The position numbers were made by a program, and so were the translations under genes. The notes under the pieces are model-generated. The model saw only the letters and a list, made by a program, of their open reading frames with translations, did no database searches and had not been told where the DNA came from. From contig DATIPT010000167.1 of NCBI GenBank assembly GCA_035471625.1, forward strand, positions 2,708 to 66,707: DNA of 64,000 nucleotides, in the 5' to 3' direction. Positions 1 through 9,396 of this stretch are shown here, in pieces (position 1 is the stretch's first letter; every line of letters starts with the position of its first letter). The stretch comes from Anaerolineales bacterium (GTDB taxonomy: Bacteria; Chloroflexota; Anaerolineae; Anaerolineales; E44-bin32).

Positions 1-39
1 TACCACGAGGGCGGAAAAAAGAGCGAACGTACGCTTCAT
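1..39 (-). CDS. First 13 codons of a CDS that runs off the window. The N-terminus is hydrophobic and signal-peptide-like (MKRTFALFSALVV). Product unknown.
   Basis: ATG at 39-37 on the minus strand, preceded by a strong Shine-Dalgarno GGAGGAGGGAGAAG (revcomp of 43-56). Too short for the ORF track. Confidence 0.35.
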   Translation of the reverse strand, partial: MKRTFALFSALVV

Positions 40-249
40 TGTCTTCTCCCTCCTCCAGGGTTCAGATTGCGTCATGATGGGATGTCAAACTCACGTGGGG
101 AAAGCTTGGGTTGAATTGGGCTGCCAACCACCTCCTTCCGGCTCGGCGCTCATGGAACGCCCAGGGTCTGACGTCGCGTCCGTCCCCCTAAACTCCGAAT
201 TCTAGCCCGCCTTGTGGCCCGATGTCAACTGCCTCGGACCTTGCCCGGT

Positions 250-288
250 GGGGCGGGGTGCCGCCACGGCGGGCCGGCACCCCGCCCC
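250..288. repeat. Perfect 14-bp GC-rich inverted repeat (GGGGCGGGGTGCCG / CGGCACCCCGCCCC) with an 11-nt loop, lying just upstream of the glycosyltransferase promoter.
   Basis: Read directly: 250-263 is the reverse complement of 275-288. No T-tract follows on either strand. Confidence 0.6.
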
Positions 289-309
289 CATCACTGCCCC
301 CGGGAAGGC

Positions 310-338
310 TTGACGGCCCCCCAGGCCGTCGCTAGGAT
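310..338 (+). promoter_or_regulatory. Sigma70-type promoter TTGACG-N17-TAGGAT for the glycosyltransferase gene.
   Basis: TTGACG at 310-315, 17-nt spacer, TAGGAT at 333-338. GGAAGG lies 7 nt before the ATG at 365. Confidence 0.55.
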
Positions 339-364
339 TGGCTCTGAGCCCGGGAAGGCACTCC

Positions 365-1564
365 ATGCGCATCGGCATGATGCTCGACTTCTACAAGCCC
401 CACATCAGCGGGGTGACGAACTACGTCAGCCTGAACAAGATGGCGCTGGAGCGCTCGGGGCACGAGGTCCATGTCTTCACCTTCGGGGGAGGTTCGGCGG
501 CCCCGCCGGAGCCGGGCGTGATTCGAAGCCCCGGCGTTCCCTTTGCCGACTCGGGGTTCTACCTGGGATTCCGCTACTCGAGGACGGCCCGTCGTCTCCT
601 CCAGGAGATGGATCTCGTCCACGTCCACCACCCCTTCCTCAGCGGGAACCTGGCCCTGCGCTACTGCCGCCGCCGAAATATCCCGATCGTCTTCACCAAT
701 CACACCCGCTACGATCTCTACGCTCAAGTCTATCTCCCCATGATCCCGGATCCGCTCAGCCGGAGCTTCCTCCAGGCCTATATGCCGGCCTTCTGCCGAG
801 AGGTCGACTTGGTGATCGCGCCCTCGGCCGGGATCGAGCGGGTCCTGCGGGATATGGGGGTCGACGTCGCGATGGAGGTGATTCCCAACGGCGTAGACCT
901 GGCGCCGTTTCAAGGTGCCGCCAACCCGGTCCCGCGCGAACAGCTTGGCCTGGAGCCGGGATCGGTTGGACTGGTGTACGTCGGCCGTCTCGGCGTCGAA
1001 AAGAACCTGGCCTTCCTTCTCCGAACCTTCGCCGGGGTTCGGGCCGCCGCGCCCCAGGCGCGCCTGGTGTTAATCGGCGGCGGGCCCGAGACGGAGAACC
1101 TACGAGGGCTGGCGCAGGACCTGGGGATCGGAGATGCCGTGCATTTCACCGGCCCGGTTCCCTATGAGAAGGTCCCGCCCCTTCTTGCCGCCTGTGACGC
1201 CTTCGTCACCGGCTCGGTCTCCGAGGTCCACCCCCTATCCGTGATCGAAGCCATGGCTTCGGGCTTGCCGATCGGAGCGATCGAAAGCCCCGGGATCTCC
1301 GACACCGTTCGGGACGGGGTCGACGGATTCCTGTCGCCGTACGACTCGGCAGCCTTCGCCGCCAAGCTCACCCGCCTGGTGCTCGATGAAGCCCTGCGGC
1401 GGAAGATGGGGGAGGCAGCCCTCCGTTCGTCCCAGCGGTACTCGATCGATTCGACCAGCGCCATCGTCGAGGCTCACTACGCTCGCCTCGTCGAGCGGCC
1501 GCCGCGCCGCCGGGCCACGCGCTGGGACACAACGTGGCAATCGTTTCTCGATCGGCTGACATGA
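365..1564 (+). CDS. Glycosyltransferase, GT4 / group 1 family.
   Basis: Begins MRIGMMLDFYKPHISGVTNY. The C-terminal half has the typical GT1 fold, including an E-x7-E-like region (SEVHPLSVIEAMASGLP). The start was moved to ATG 365 because the track start at 338 falls inside the promoter -10. Confidence 0.85.
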   Translation: MRIGMMLDFYKPHISGVTNYVSLNKMALERSGHEVHVFTFGGGSAAPPEPGVIRSPGVPFADSGFYLGFRYSRTARRLLQEMDLVHVHHPFLSGNLALRYCRRRNIPIVFTNHTRYDLYAQVYLPMIPDPLSRSFLQAYMPAFCREVDLVIAPSAGIERVLRDMGVDVAMEVIPNGVDLAPFQGAANPVPREQLGLEPGSVGLVYVGRLGVEKNLAFLLRTFAGVRAAAPQARLVLIGGGPETENLRGLAQDLGIGDAVHFTGPVPYEKVPPLLAACDAFVTGSVSEVHPLSVIEAMASGLPIGAIESPGISDTVRDGVDGFLSPYDSAAFAAKLTRLVLDEALRRKMGEAALRSSQRYSIDSTSAIVEAHYARLVERPPRRRATRWDTTWQSFLDRLT

Positions 1565-1941
1565 CGTCTCGCGAGGTCGCCCGGTGGGGTGAGGCCGAAG
1601 CCGATCGCTACCTCCGCCGTCTCGGATGGGAGATCGTGGAGGCGAACTGGAGCTGTCGCTACGGCGAGATCGATCGGGTCGCCCGCGACCGCGAAGGATG
1701 GGTGTTCATCGAGGTCAAGGCCCGCCGGAGCCGTTCCTTCGGGCTCCCTGAAGAGGCGGTCACGCCCGCCAAGCGCCGCCGGCTCCTGCGGGCGGCGGTG
1801 ACGTACCTCCAGGAACACAACGCGTCTGACGATCCCTGGCGCATCGATGTCATCGCCATCGAGGGTCGACCGCGTCGACCGCCCACGCGCCTGGATCACT
1901 ATCGCGACGCCATCGAAGCCGACGAAGGTGCGTTCCCGTGA
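1561..1941 (+). CDS. yraN: YraN-family (UPF0102) endonuclease-like protein.
   Basis: EADRYLRRLGWEIVEANWSCRYGEIDRVARD...VFIEVKARRS is the YraN signature. ATGA overlap with the upstream stop. Confidence 0.85.
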   Translation: MTSREVARWGEAEADRYLRRLGWEIVEANWSCRYGEIDRVARDREGWVFIEVKARRSRSFGLPEEAVTPAKRRRLLRAAVTYLQEHNASDDPWRIDVIAIEGRPRRPPTRLDHYRDAIEADEGAFP

Positions 1942-2885
1942 CGTCCCGACCCAAGGCCGTCGCCATCCTGGGCGCGACCGCCACGGGCAAGAGCGCGCTG
2001 GCGCTCGTGCTGGCGCCGGAGTTCAGCGGCGAAATCGTGTCGGTGGACTCCCGCCAGATCTACCGCGGGATGGATATCGGGACGGCCAAGCCCACGGCGG
2101 CGGAACGCGCGCAGGTGCGCCACCACCTCATCGACGTCGCCGATCCGGATGAGACCTGGTCGCTCGCCCAGTATCAACGGGCGGTTCACGGAGCTCTCGA
2201 AGAGATTGTGACACGGGCGAAGCTCCCGATCTTGGTCGGCGGGACCGGGCAGCACATGCGGGCCGTCGTCGAGGGATGGCGCCCACCGCCGCGCGATCCG
2301 GCCGTCCGGGCGCGTCTGGAGGAGGAAGCTCGTCGGCTGGGGCCCGAGGCGATGGCCCAACGGCTGGCCGACCTGGATCCCGACTCCGCGGCCCGGATCG
2401 ACCCGCGCAACACCCGGCGAGTCGTGCGGGCGCTGGAAATCCTCGAAACGACCGGGCGTCCGGCAAGCGCCCAGCGCCGGTCGGAGGCACCTCCCTTTGA
2501 TATCATGCGCGTCGGGCTGGCGCTCCCGAGAGACGAACTCTACGCCCGGATCGACGACCGGATCGATCGCATGATCCAGGCTGGGCTCGAGGAGGAAGTG
2601 CGGGGTCTGCTCCAGCGTGGCTTCGCCCGATCGCTTCCTTCAATGTCGGCCATCGGCTATGGCGAGATCGCCGCCCACCTGGAAGGGGAGTTGTCCCTCG
2701 AAGAAGCGGTCGAACGAATGCGTCGGGCCACGCGGCGGCTGGTGCGGACCCAGGCCAACTGGTTCCGTTCCGCGGATGCCTCGATCGCGTGGTTCACGCC
2801 GACTCCGGGATACGAATCCGGGGTGGTGGGGTTCTTGCACGACGCTCTGAACGCGGCCGACGCCTCCTCTGCCGATCCCTTGTAG
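1938..2885 (+). CDS. miaA: tRNA dimethylallyltransferase.
   Basis: P-loop ILGATATGKSALA followed by VSVDSRQIYRGMDIGTAKPT. GTG start in a GTGA overlap with yraN. Confidence 0.93.
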   Translation: MTSRPKAVAILGATATGKSALALVLAPEFSGEIVSVDSRQIYRGMDIGTAKPTAAERAQVRHHLIDVADPDETWSLAQYQRAVHGALEEIVTRAKLPILVGGTGQHMRAVVEGWRPPPRDPAVRARLEEEARRLGPEAMAQRLADLDPDSAARIDPRNTRRVVRALEILETTGRPASAQRRSEAPPFDIMRVGLALPRDELYARIDDRIDRMIQAGLEEEVRGLLQRGFARSLPSMSAIGYGEIAAHLEGELSLEEAVERMRRATRRLVRTQANWFRSADASIAWFTPTPGYESGVVGFLHDALNAADASSADPL

Positions 2886-3009
2886 GCGCGGCCTCGCTTC
2901 GCCGGGGGCAATCGATACAGCCCATCGTCGACTGCAACGAGAGGAGCAAGTTCACTTCCCCGCTGGCTTCGCAGGGGGAATGGAGCGCTGCCTAGGCGAG
3001 GCGGTTGGG

Positions 3010-3984
3010 TCAGGTGATTGCGGTAATCGCCAGGTAGGCAAGCCCGGCAAGGATGGCGGTCACCGGGATAGTCAGCACCCAGGCGGTGGCCATCTCGCGC
3101 AGGATCCCCCAGCGGACCATCTTGATCCGATCAGCGGCGCCGACGCCCATGATCGAGGAGCTCATCACCTGGGTCGTGCTTACGGGACCACCGAGCAGCG
3201 CCGCGCCGAGGATGACCGATGCACCGGCCGCCTGGGAAGAGAACGCGTGGACCGGACGGATTCGGTAGATCTTGCCTCCCAGAGTCCGGATCAGTCTCCA
3301 TCCCCCGAAGAACGTTCCGAGGGCAATCGCACCGGCGCTGAGGGCGATCACCCAGAGCGGAACATGGAAGCTATCCAGGGCCCCCGCGGCGACCAGTCCC
3401 ATGGTGATCACCCCCATGGTCTTCTGGGCATCGTTCGAGCCGTGGCTGAGGGCCAGGCCGATCAGGGTGAAGGTTTGGGCACTCCGGAAGAAGGTGTTGA
3501 CCGACGGTGACGAGCTGCGGACGGCCGCCAGCACAAGTCTCATGATCAGGAAGCCGGCCGCCAAGCCGAGGATCGGGGAAAGGAACAGGGCCAGAAGAAC
3601 GCGCACGAGCCCAGGCACGATGACCACGCCGAACCCTTGGGCCAGGATGGCGGCACCCAGGAGGCCGCCGACCAGGGCATGGGAGGACGACGAGGGGATT
3701 CCGAAGTACCAGGTGGCCAGGTTCCAGACGATCGCCGCTCCCAGGGCGGCATTGATCACATTCACCTCGAGAACCTGGAGGTCAAGAAGCTCATCCCCGA
3801 TCGCTGTGGCGACCGCGACTCCGAAGAGGAAAGGAGCGACGAAGTGAGCCACCGCCGCCAGGAAGAGCGCCACCCGCGGGCGCATCGCGTTTGACGAGAT
3901 CGGAGTCGCAACGACATTGGAGCTGTCGTGGAATCCGTTCAGGAAATCGAAGATCAGCGCGAGGGCGAGAAGGACGAAGATCAT
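3010..3984 (-). CDS. Inorganic phosphate transporter, PiT family.
   Basis: FDFLNGFHDSSNVVAT motif near the N-terminus, repeated GSNDAQKTMG motif, polytopic membrane protein. Confidence 0.9.
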   Translation of the reverse strand: MIFVLLALALIFDFLNGFHDSSNVVATPISSNAMRPRVALFLAAVAHFVAPFLFGVAVATAIGDELLDLQVLEVNVINAALGAAIVWNLATWYFGIPSSSSHALVGGLLGAAILAQGFGVVIVPGLVRVLLALFLSPILGLAAGFLIMRLVLAAVRSSSPSVNTFFRSAQTFTLIGLALSHGSNDAQKTMGVITMGLVAAGALDSFHVPLWVIALSAGAIALGTFFGGWRLIRTLGGKIYRIRPVHAFSSQAAGASVILGAALLGGPVSTTQVMSSSIMGVGAADRIKMVRWGILREMATAWVLTIPVTAILAGLAYLAITAIT

Positions 3985-4032
3985 GGCAAGGCCAGCAAGA
4001 GCCGGCAGAATAGCAGACGCGGAAGGGGCGTG

Positions 4033-4830
4033 TCAACCCCTGGGGCGGAGACGGGCAGCCCAGTCGCCGAGGCGGTGGACAGCGAGGATCGTCCCGGCGA
4101 TCGATGCGCCGGGGAACCACGCCAGCCATGGCGCCACGCGCAGGTATCCGCGTGCCGCGTTGAGCATCGAGCCCCATTCGGGCGTGGAGATCTCGCCGGC
4201 CAGCCCGAGGAACGTCAGAGTCGTCAGGCCTCCAATCGCCCAGGCATAGTGGGTCGTTGCCAATGAAAGCAGGGAGGGCAGCGCGTTCGGCAAGAGGTGA
4301 CGGATTGCGATTTCCATGCGTCCCGACCCGAGGGCCGATGCGGCGGCGACGTAGGGCTGACCGCGTTCCCGTCGCAGGGCCGATCGTGCGAGGCGAGCGA
4401 AACCGGGAGAAAGGCCGAGTCCGACGGCGATGACCAGCGTGTCGAAGCCAGGTCCGAGGGCGGCGACGACCAGCAGGGCGAGGAGCAGGCTCGGGATCGC
4501 CAAGGCAGCGCCCGAGCCCCCGGCGACGGTGGCATCGACTGGCCCGCCGATCCCCTGGGCCAACAAGGCTGCTGCCGTCCCGATGGCGACCGTCAGGGCC
4601 GTCGCCGCCAGCGAAGCGACGATCGTGGCGCGCCCGCCGTACAAGAGGCGGGACCATTCATCGCGCCCGAGTTCATCCGTACCCAAGGGGGGCCATCCGG
4701 ATGGGCGCAGGAGGGGCTCCGCAACAACCTGGGACGGTGCGGTGCCGGCCAGGATGGGCGCCAGCAGCGCCCCACTGACGACAAGGCCGAGCCAGGCCAA
4801 CGCCAGGAACAGGCTGACCCTGGTCCTCAT
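4033..4830 (-). CDS. ABC transporter permease, DppC/OppC-like.
   Basis: The real start is MRTRVSLFLALAWLGL, an ATG at 4830 in an ATGA overlap with the upstream permease stop. The longer track ORF to 5298 is Arg/Pro-rich read-through. Confidence 0.85.
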   Translation of the reverse strand: MRTRVSLFLALAWLGLVVSGALLAPILAGTAPSQVVAEPLLRPSGWPPLGTDELGRDEWSRLLYGGRATIVASLAATALTVAIGTAAALLAQGIGGPVDATVAGGSGAALAIPSLLLALLVVAALGPGFDTLVIAVGLGLSPGFARLARSALRRERGQPYVAAASALGSGRMEIAIRHLLPNALPSLLSLATTHYAWAIGGLTTLTFLGLAGEISTPEWGSMLNAARGYLRVAPWLAWFPGASIAGTILAVHRLGDWAARLRPRG

Positions 4831-5789
4831 GCCTCGTCCCGAAGCCTGGGATCGGCGAAGGCCGCAGCCATATCCGCCGCGACGTGGGTCAGGGTGTAGA
4901 CCGCAGCTGCCACCAGGACGAGGCCCTGGACGACAGGGAAGTCGCCGTCGAGGATCGAGTTGACGAGCAGACGCCCGAGGCCGGGTCGGGCGAAGACCGT
5001 CTCCGTCACCACCGTGCCTCCGAGGAGCAAGGCGGCCTCCAGGGACAGAAAAGAGATCGCCAGCGGAAGGGCCGGACGCAGCGCGTGCCAGATCAAGGGC
5101 AGGCCCCGGCGGACGCCTCTGGCCCTGGCGGCAAGGACGAAAGGCGCCTCGAGATTCTCCTGGAGGCCGCCCTCGAGAATTCGTGCCAAGGCCCCGGCAG
5201 AAGCGATGCCGAGGGCGAGCGCCGGCAGCAGCAGCGAATCGCTGCGCGTCAGAGGAAGGAAGGCAGGCGCCGCCCGGCCGACCGCCATGGCCGCCCAAAG
5301 GATCAGGACTCCGGTCAACGCTACGGGAAGCGCAGTGGCCAGGCCGGCGGCGGCGGATGCTCCTGATCCGAGAGCTGTCGAGCGGCGTGAGCCGGCGACA
5401 AGGCCCAGGATGGCCCCGATCAGGATCGTCATCCCGAGCCCGGCGATGGCGAGCTCGACTGTCGAACCGGCCTGCTCCGCAATCACTTCCCCAACCGGGC
5501 GTTGGGTGTAGAGCGAGCGCCCCAGGTCTCCCTGAAGAAGCCCGGTGAGGTAGCGGGCGTACTGGGTCAGCAGTGGATCCGCCAGTCCGAGGCGCTCGCG
5601 GAGTTCTGCCGCTTGCTGCGGGGAAGCCAGTCCCTGGGAGAGCAGGCCTGCCAATGGGTCACCGGCGGCGAGGCGCAGGCCGAAGAAGGAGAGAGTGACC
5701 GCGGCCCACAGAGTGACCAGGGCCAGGCCGAGTCGCCGCGCGAAGACGCTCAGGGCGCCAGCTGCAGGTCGCGGAGCAGGGGGAACCAT
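4827..5789 (-). CDS. ABC transporter permease, DppB/OppB-like.
   Basis: Six-TM BPD-transporter-like protein, SFFGLRLAAGDPL N-terminal region. The start may lie a little downstream, because it overlaps the SBP gene by 40 nt. Confidence 0.85.
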   Translation of the reverse strand: MVPPAPRPAAGALSVFARRLGLALVTLWAAVTLSFFGLRLAAGDPLAGLLSQGLASPQQAAELRERLGLADPLLTQYARYLTGLLQGDLGRSLYTQRPVGEVIAEQAGSTVELAIAGLGMTILIGAILGLVAGSRRSTALGSGASAAAGLATALPVALTGVLILWAAMAVGRAAPAFLPLTRSDSLLLPALALGIASAGALARILEGGLQENLEAPFVLAARARGVRRGLPLIWHALRPALPLAISFLSLEAALLLGGTVVTETVFARPGLGRLLVNSILDGDFPVVQGLVLVAAAVYTLTHVAADMAAAFADPRLRDEA

Positions 5790-7327
5790 CCAGAGTGGGC
5801 GAAGGCGAGGCCGGTCACCCGGTCCGAGGCGACGACCAAGTTCGTGTAGTCGCGGATGGGAAGGACAAGGGCCTCGGATCGAAGGAGACGGCCGACCTCG
5901 AGGTACAGGGCCCGCCGCTCCTCGGAGCCCAGGGGCAAGGCCGCTGCTTGGGCCAGCATCGAGTCGAGCGACGGATCAAGGTAGCCGGTCCAGTTGTAGA
6001 GACCATCCGACGCGTACATCGGCCTCAGGAGATCGGGGTCGGTGCCGAAGAAGTTGATCCCGATCAGATTGTATTCGCCACGGGTCTGCGCTTCCCGCAA
6101 GAGCCCAAACCCCGGTGCCAGTTCGACGGCGACTTCCGCGCCCAGGGCTTCCCAGGCCGACTCGAGCAGCTGGGCGACCTCAGGGTGGGATCCCCACCCA
6201 GGCGTGACGATCGAGATCTTGAGGGCGGTCCCGTCCCGCGATCTTCGTCCGTTGGGACCCAGCGTCCACCCCGCTGTCTCGAGGAGTTGCGCCGCTTCTC
6301 CCGGGTCGAAGGGAGCGAAGACGGGAGCCTCCGGGTCGGACCACAGCCCGGAGGACAGCGGTCCCTCGGCGACGGGAGACATCGGCCCGAATACGGTATT
6401 GACAATCGCCCCACGATCGGTTGCGGCGAGCAGCGCCTGGCGGACGCGCAGATCATCCGTCGGCGGCAGGGTGGTGTTGAAGAGGAACTGGGTCGGCTGG
6501 CCGGGGATCGCGACGGGAGTCAGGGTGAAGCCGTCGCTGGCGTCGAGGCGCTCGGCCTCGTGGCGTGGTACCTCTCCCAGTACGTCGACATCCCCGTTCT
6601 CAAGGGCGATGGCCCGCGTCGCCGGATCTTCGAAGAAGCGGAAAACGATCCGATCGAAGAACGGCTGTGCGCGGCGAGCCGTCGGCGGCGGCCAGGCGTA
6701 GTCGGAGTTCTTCTCGAGGATCAGACGGTCTTCGGCGACGTATTCTACGAAGCGGTAAGGTCCTGTGCCGACTTGATGGAATTGGTATTCGGCCGGACCC
6801 CACGCGTCGAGGGCTTCCGGAGATGCCATGCCGAGATAGACCTGGGAAAACGAATCCAACAGGGGTGCGAAGGGCTGTGTCAAGTGGATGGCGACGGTGT
6901 AGAGATCGACAACCTCGGCGCGTTCGAAGGGCCCAAGCAGGAACACCGCCTTCTGGGAATGATGATCGGGATTGACGACGTAGTCCAGGTTGGCGACGAC
7001 ATCGTCCGCCGCAAACATCGTTCCGTCGTGGAACCTCACATCCCGCCGAAGGAAGAAAGTGTAGGTTCGTCCATCGGGGGAGATCTCCCAGCGCTCGGCC
7101 AGACCCGGGAGGATCTTGCCGGACTCAGGATCCTGAACGACGAGCGTGTCATAGACCGAATCAAGCGGAATCCCGAGCTCGGCGGAGGCGTTGATGTGAG
7201 GATCGATCCCCGTGGGGGCTAACGTCAGCCCGTAGGTGAGAGTGGTGACATCGTTCGGGGTCCGCGAACACCCGGCCATGAGCGCCGCGAAAGACAGTGC
7301 GAGCCAACCCCGCAGGCCGGAGATCAT
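5750..7327 (-). CDS. ABC transporter substrate-binding protein, family 5 (peptide/nickel/oligosaccharide type), lipoprotein-like.
   Basis: Signal and lipobox-like N-terminus (LSFAALMAGCS), length and motifs of SBP family 5. Confidence 0.88.
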   Translation of the reverse strand: MISGLRGWLALSFAALMAGCSRTPNDVTTLTYGLTLAPTGIDPHINASAELGIPLDSVYDTLVVQDPESGKILPGLAERWEISPDGRTYTFFLRRDVRFHDGTMFAADDVVANLDYVVNPDHHSQKAVFLLGPFERAEVVDLYTVAIHLTQPFAPLLDSFSQVYLGMASPEALDAWGPAEYQFHQVGTGPYRFVEYVAEDRLILEKNSDYAWPPPTARRAQPFFDRIVFRFFEDPATRAIALENGDVDVLGEVPRHEAERLDASDGFTLTPVAIPGQPTQFLFNTTLPPTDDLRVRQALLAATDRGAIVNTVFGPMSPVAEGPLSSGLWSDPEAPVFAPFDPGEAAQLLETAGWTLGPNGRRSRDGTALKISIVTPGWGSHPEVAQLLESAWEALGAEVAVELAPGFGLLREAQTRGEYNLIGINFFGTDPDLLRPMYASDGLYNWTGYLDPSLDSMLAQAAALPLGSEERRALYLEVGRLLRSEALVLPIRDYTNLVVASDRVTGLAFAHSGWFPLLRDLQLAP

Positions 7328-8259
7328 GACATTGCCTGGACGAGCGCAACCGCGCCCAGCAGGGCGGCCTCATCACCGAGAGCGGTCGGAACGACCTTGA
7401 GATCACCGCCGAAGGCGGGGTGCATCAGGGATGCGCGCAGGGTGCGTTCGATCTGGTCGAGGAAGAAGGCCCCGGCCTGAGACACGCCTCCCCCGAGGAC
7501 GATCCGTTCCGGATTGAAGACGTGGACGAGGCCCGCCAGCGCGGTCCCGAGGGCGACCGAGGCCGCTTGCAGGACTTCGCTGGCGACCGGATCTCCGCGC
7601 CGGGCGGCATGGGCGATCGCTTCGGTCGTTGGTTCCTGGCCAGGATCCCCACCCGGAAGACCGCCGCGCCGCCGGACCTGTTCGGCGATGGCGGTTCCGG
7701 ACGCGATCGCTTCGAGGTGGCCGCTCTGGCCGCAGGAACACCTCGGCCCGCCAATCATGACTGGAATGTGCCCGATCTCCCCGGCCAGGCCGCGGCTCCC
7801 GCTCAGGAGTTGGTCATCGACGATCACGCCTCCGCCGATCCCGGTGCCGATCGTCAGCATGATCAGGTGGTGGGCACCGCGCCCGGCGCCGAAGCGCCAC
7901 TCTCCCAGCGCCGCGAGGTTGGCATCGTTTTGAACATAGACGGGGCAACCCCAGCGTTCGGCGAGGGCAGGGCCGAGCGGCACGTCGTTCCATCCCTGGA
8001 GGTTCGGAGCGTGCAACACAACGCCAGTGGATGCATCCAATGGTCCCGGGGCGCCGATCCCAATCGCCATGTGCGCACGATATTGCGAGGCGATGTCGAG
8101 CGCGCTGATGGCGGCGTGGATTTCGTCAAGGACGGCGGTGGGACCTGCCTCGGAAGGTGTCTTGCGGGACTCTCGGGCGGTTGCGGGGATGTCGCCTGTC
8201 GGGTAGAACGCCGCGCGCAGGTTGGTCCCACCCAGATCGACGGCGACCGCGGGGCGCAT
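7324..8259 (-). CDS. ROK-family sugar kinase (glucokinase-like).
   Basis: N-terminal DLGGTNLR ATP-binding motif, ROK Zn motif CSCGQSGHLE. The stop overlaps the SBP start (ATGA). Confidence 0.88.
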   Translation of the reverse strand: MRPAVAVDLGGTNLRAAFYPTGDIPATARESRKTPSEAGPTAVLDEIHAAISALDIASQYRAHMAIGIGAPGPLDASTGVVLHAPNLQGWNDVPLGPALAERWGCPVYVQNDANLAALGEWRFGAGRGAHHLIMLTIGTGIGGGVIVDDQLLSGSRGLAGEIGHIPVMIGGPRCSCGQSGHLEAIASGTAIAEQVRRRGGLPGGDPGQEPTTEAIAHAARRGDPVASEVLQAASVALGTALAGLVHVFNPERIVLGGGVSQAGAFFLDQIERTLRASLMHPAFGGDLKVVPTALGDEAALLGAVALVQAMS

Positions 8260-8369
8260 ACTCGGCGCAGTATATCACACGGGTTCGGTCGGGCCGCGAG
8301 CACCTCGCCTGCGCCGGGACCGACGGCGCGGCGAATCCGAGGCGGCCGCCGCCGGTGGGCGGCGTGCGT

Positions 8370-8819
8370 CTACGCGACCGTGGGGCGGGAGCGGAGCAGC
8401 GCTTCGATGTGGTCCAGATGCGCGTTCCGGTGGATGGCGCGATTCAGCCGGAAGTGGGTCGAGGATCGCGCGATCTGCTCGATCAACTCGGGGGAGGCGT
8501 CAGCTGCCTCGTCGTCGGTCTCCGCGGCGGCCGCCAGGCACAGTCGGACGGCCGTCGAGGGTTCGAGGCCGTGGCACAGAGGTTTGAGCGAATCGTTGAC
8601 CGCCTCCGAGTCGATCGGGGAGTCCTCGAAGCCTCGAGCCTTCCAGCGCCGAAGGAGAACAAGGACCCGCCGGTCCCACCAGGCCAGGTGGGCGAAGAGG
8701 GCGCCCACGCTCCAGCCATAATCCGTGGACTGGGCCAGGTCCTCCGCAGTCAATCTTGCGGCGAGGGATTCCAGCCGTTGCCTCGACCGCTCGTTCTCTT
8801 CGACGTAGCTCTCCGCCAC
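8370..8819 (-). CDS. DinB-superfamily protein.
   Basis: Four-helix DinB-like pattern with His residues (FAHLAWWD ... HRNAHLDHIE). The start is set at GTG 8819, which lies 6 nt after an AGGGAGG Shine-Dalgarno. The track start (TTG 8834) includes that SD. Confidence 0.6.
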   Translation of the reverse strand: MAESYVEENERSRQRLESLAARLTAEDLAQSTDYGWSVGALFAHLAWWDRRVLVLLRRWKARGFEDSPIDSEAVNDSLKPLCHGLEPSTAVRLCLAAAAETDDEAADASPELIEQIARSSTHFRLNRAIHRNAHLDHIEALLRSRPTVA

Positions 8820-8901
8820 GGGAACCTCCCTCAATTCTGTGCGAGGCCTCCGCCGCGCGCAGGCCTTGGGTTGTCCGACTGCAAGGGAAAACGCGATGGA
8901 G

Positions 8902-9270
8902 CTACTTCGCTTCCGGATCGTCTTGCATCAAGCCGAAGCGATTGCCCTCCGGGTCTTCGCAGTACGCGAGCCATCCAACGCCCGGAACGGCCGCCTTGGG
9001 TCGGAGGATCTTCCCGCCGTTCTCGGTAATCCTCTGGAGGTACGTGTCGACTGAGTCGACCCCGATCGTGTTCTTCGTGCCGGCGCCCGGCTCGAACCGT
9101 CGCGCCAGACCGCCGTCAATTCCAGGCTCGTCGTCGGGACCCGTCATCACCAGCCAGTATTCGGTGGGGCCATCCCATTTCTCGATCGTCCACTCGAAGA
9201 CGTTCCGGTAGAAGGAAATGGCACGCTCGGGATCATCGGCCGGGATCTCGAAGTGAATCACGCGGGGCAT
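8902..9270 (-). CDS. VOC / glyoxalase-bleomycin-resistance family protein.
   Basis: VIHFEIPADDPERAISFYRNVFEW ... AYCEDPEGNRFGL is typical of the VOC fold. AAGGAG SD upstream. Confidence 0.85.
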   Translation of the reverse strand: MPRVIHFEIPADDPERAISFYRNVFEWTIEKWDGPTEYWLVMTGPDDEPGIDGGLARRFEPGAGTKNTIGVDSVDTYLQRITENGGKILRPKAAVPGVGWLAYCEDPEGNRFGLMQDDPEAK

Positions 9271-9396
9271 CGGCGACTCCTTGGGCTGAGACCGAGGAAC
9301 GACAATCGAAGTGTATCATCGGCTTCGTTCCGGGCCTTCCCCCGGACGGGGGATTCCGAAAAGGAGATTCCCCAAATCGCAGTAGAATGCCAGGAG

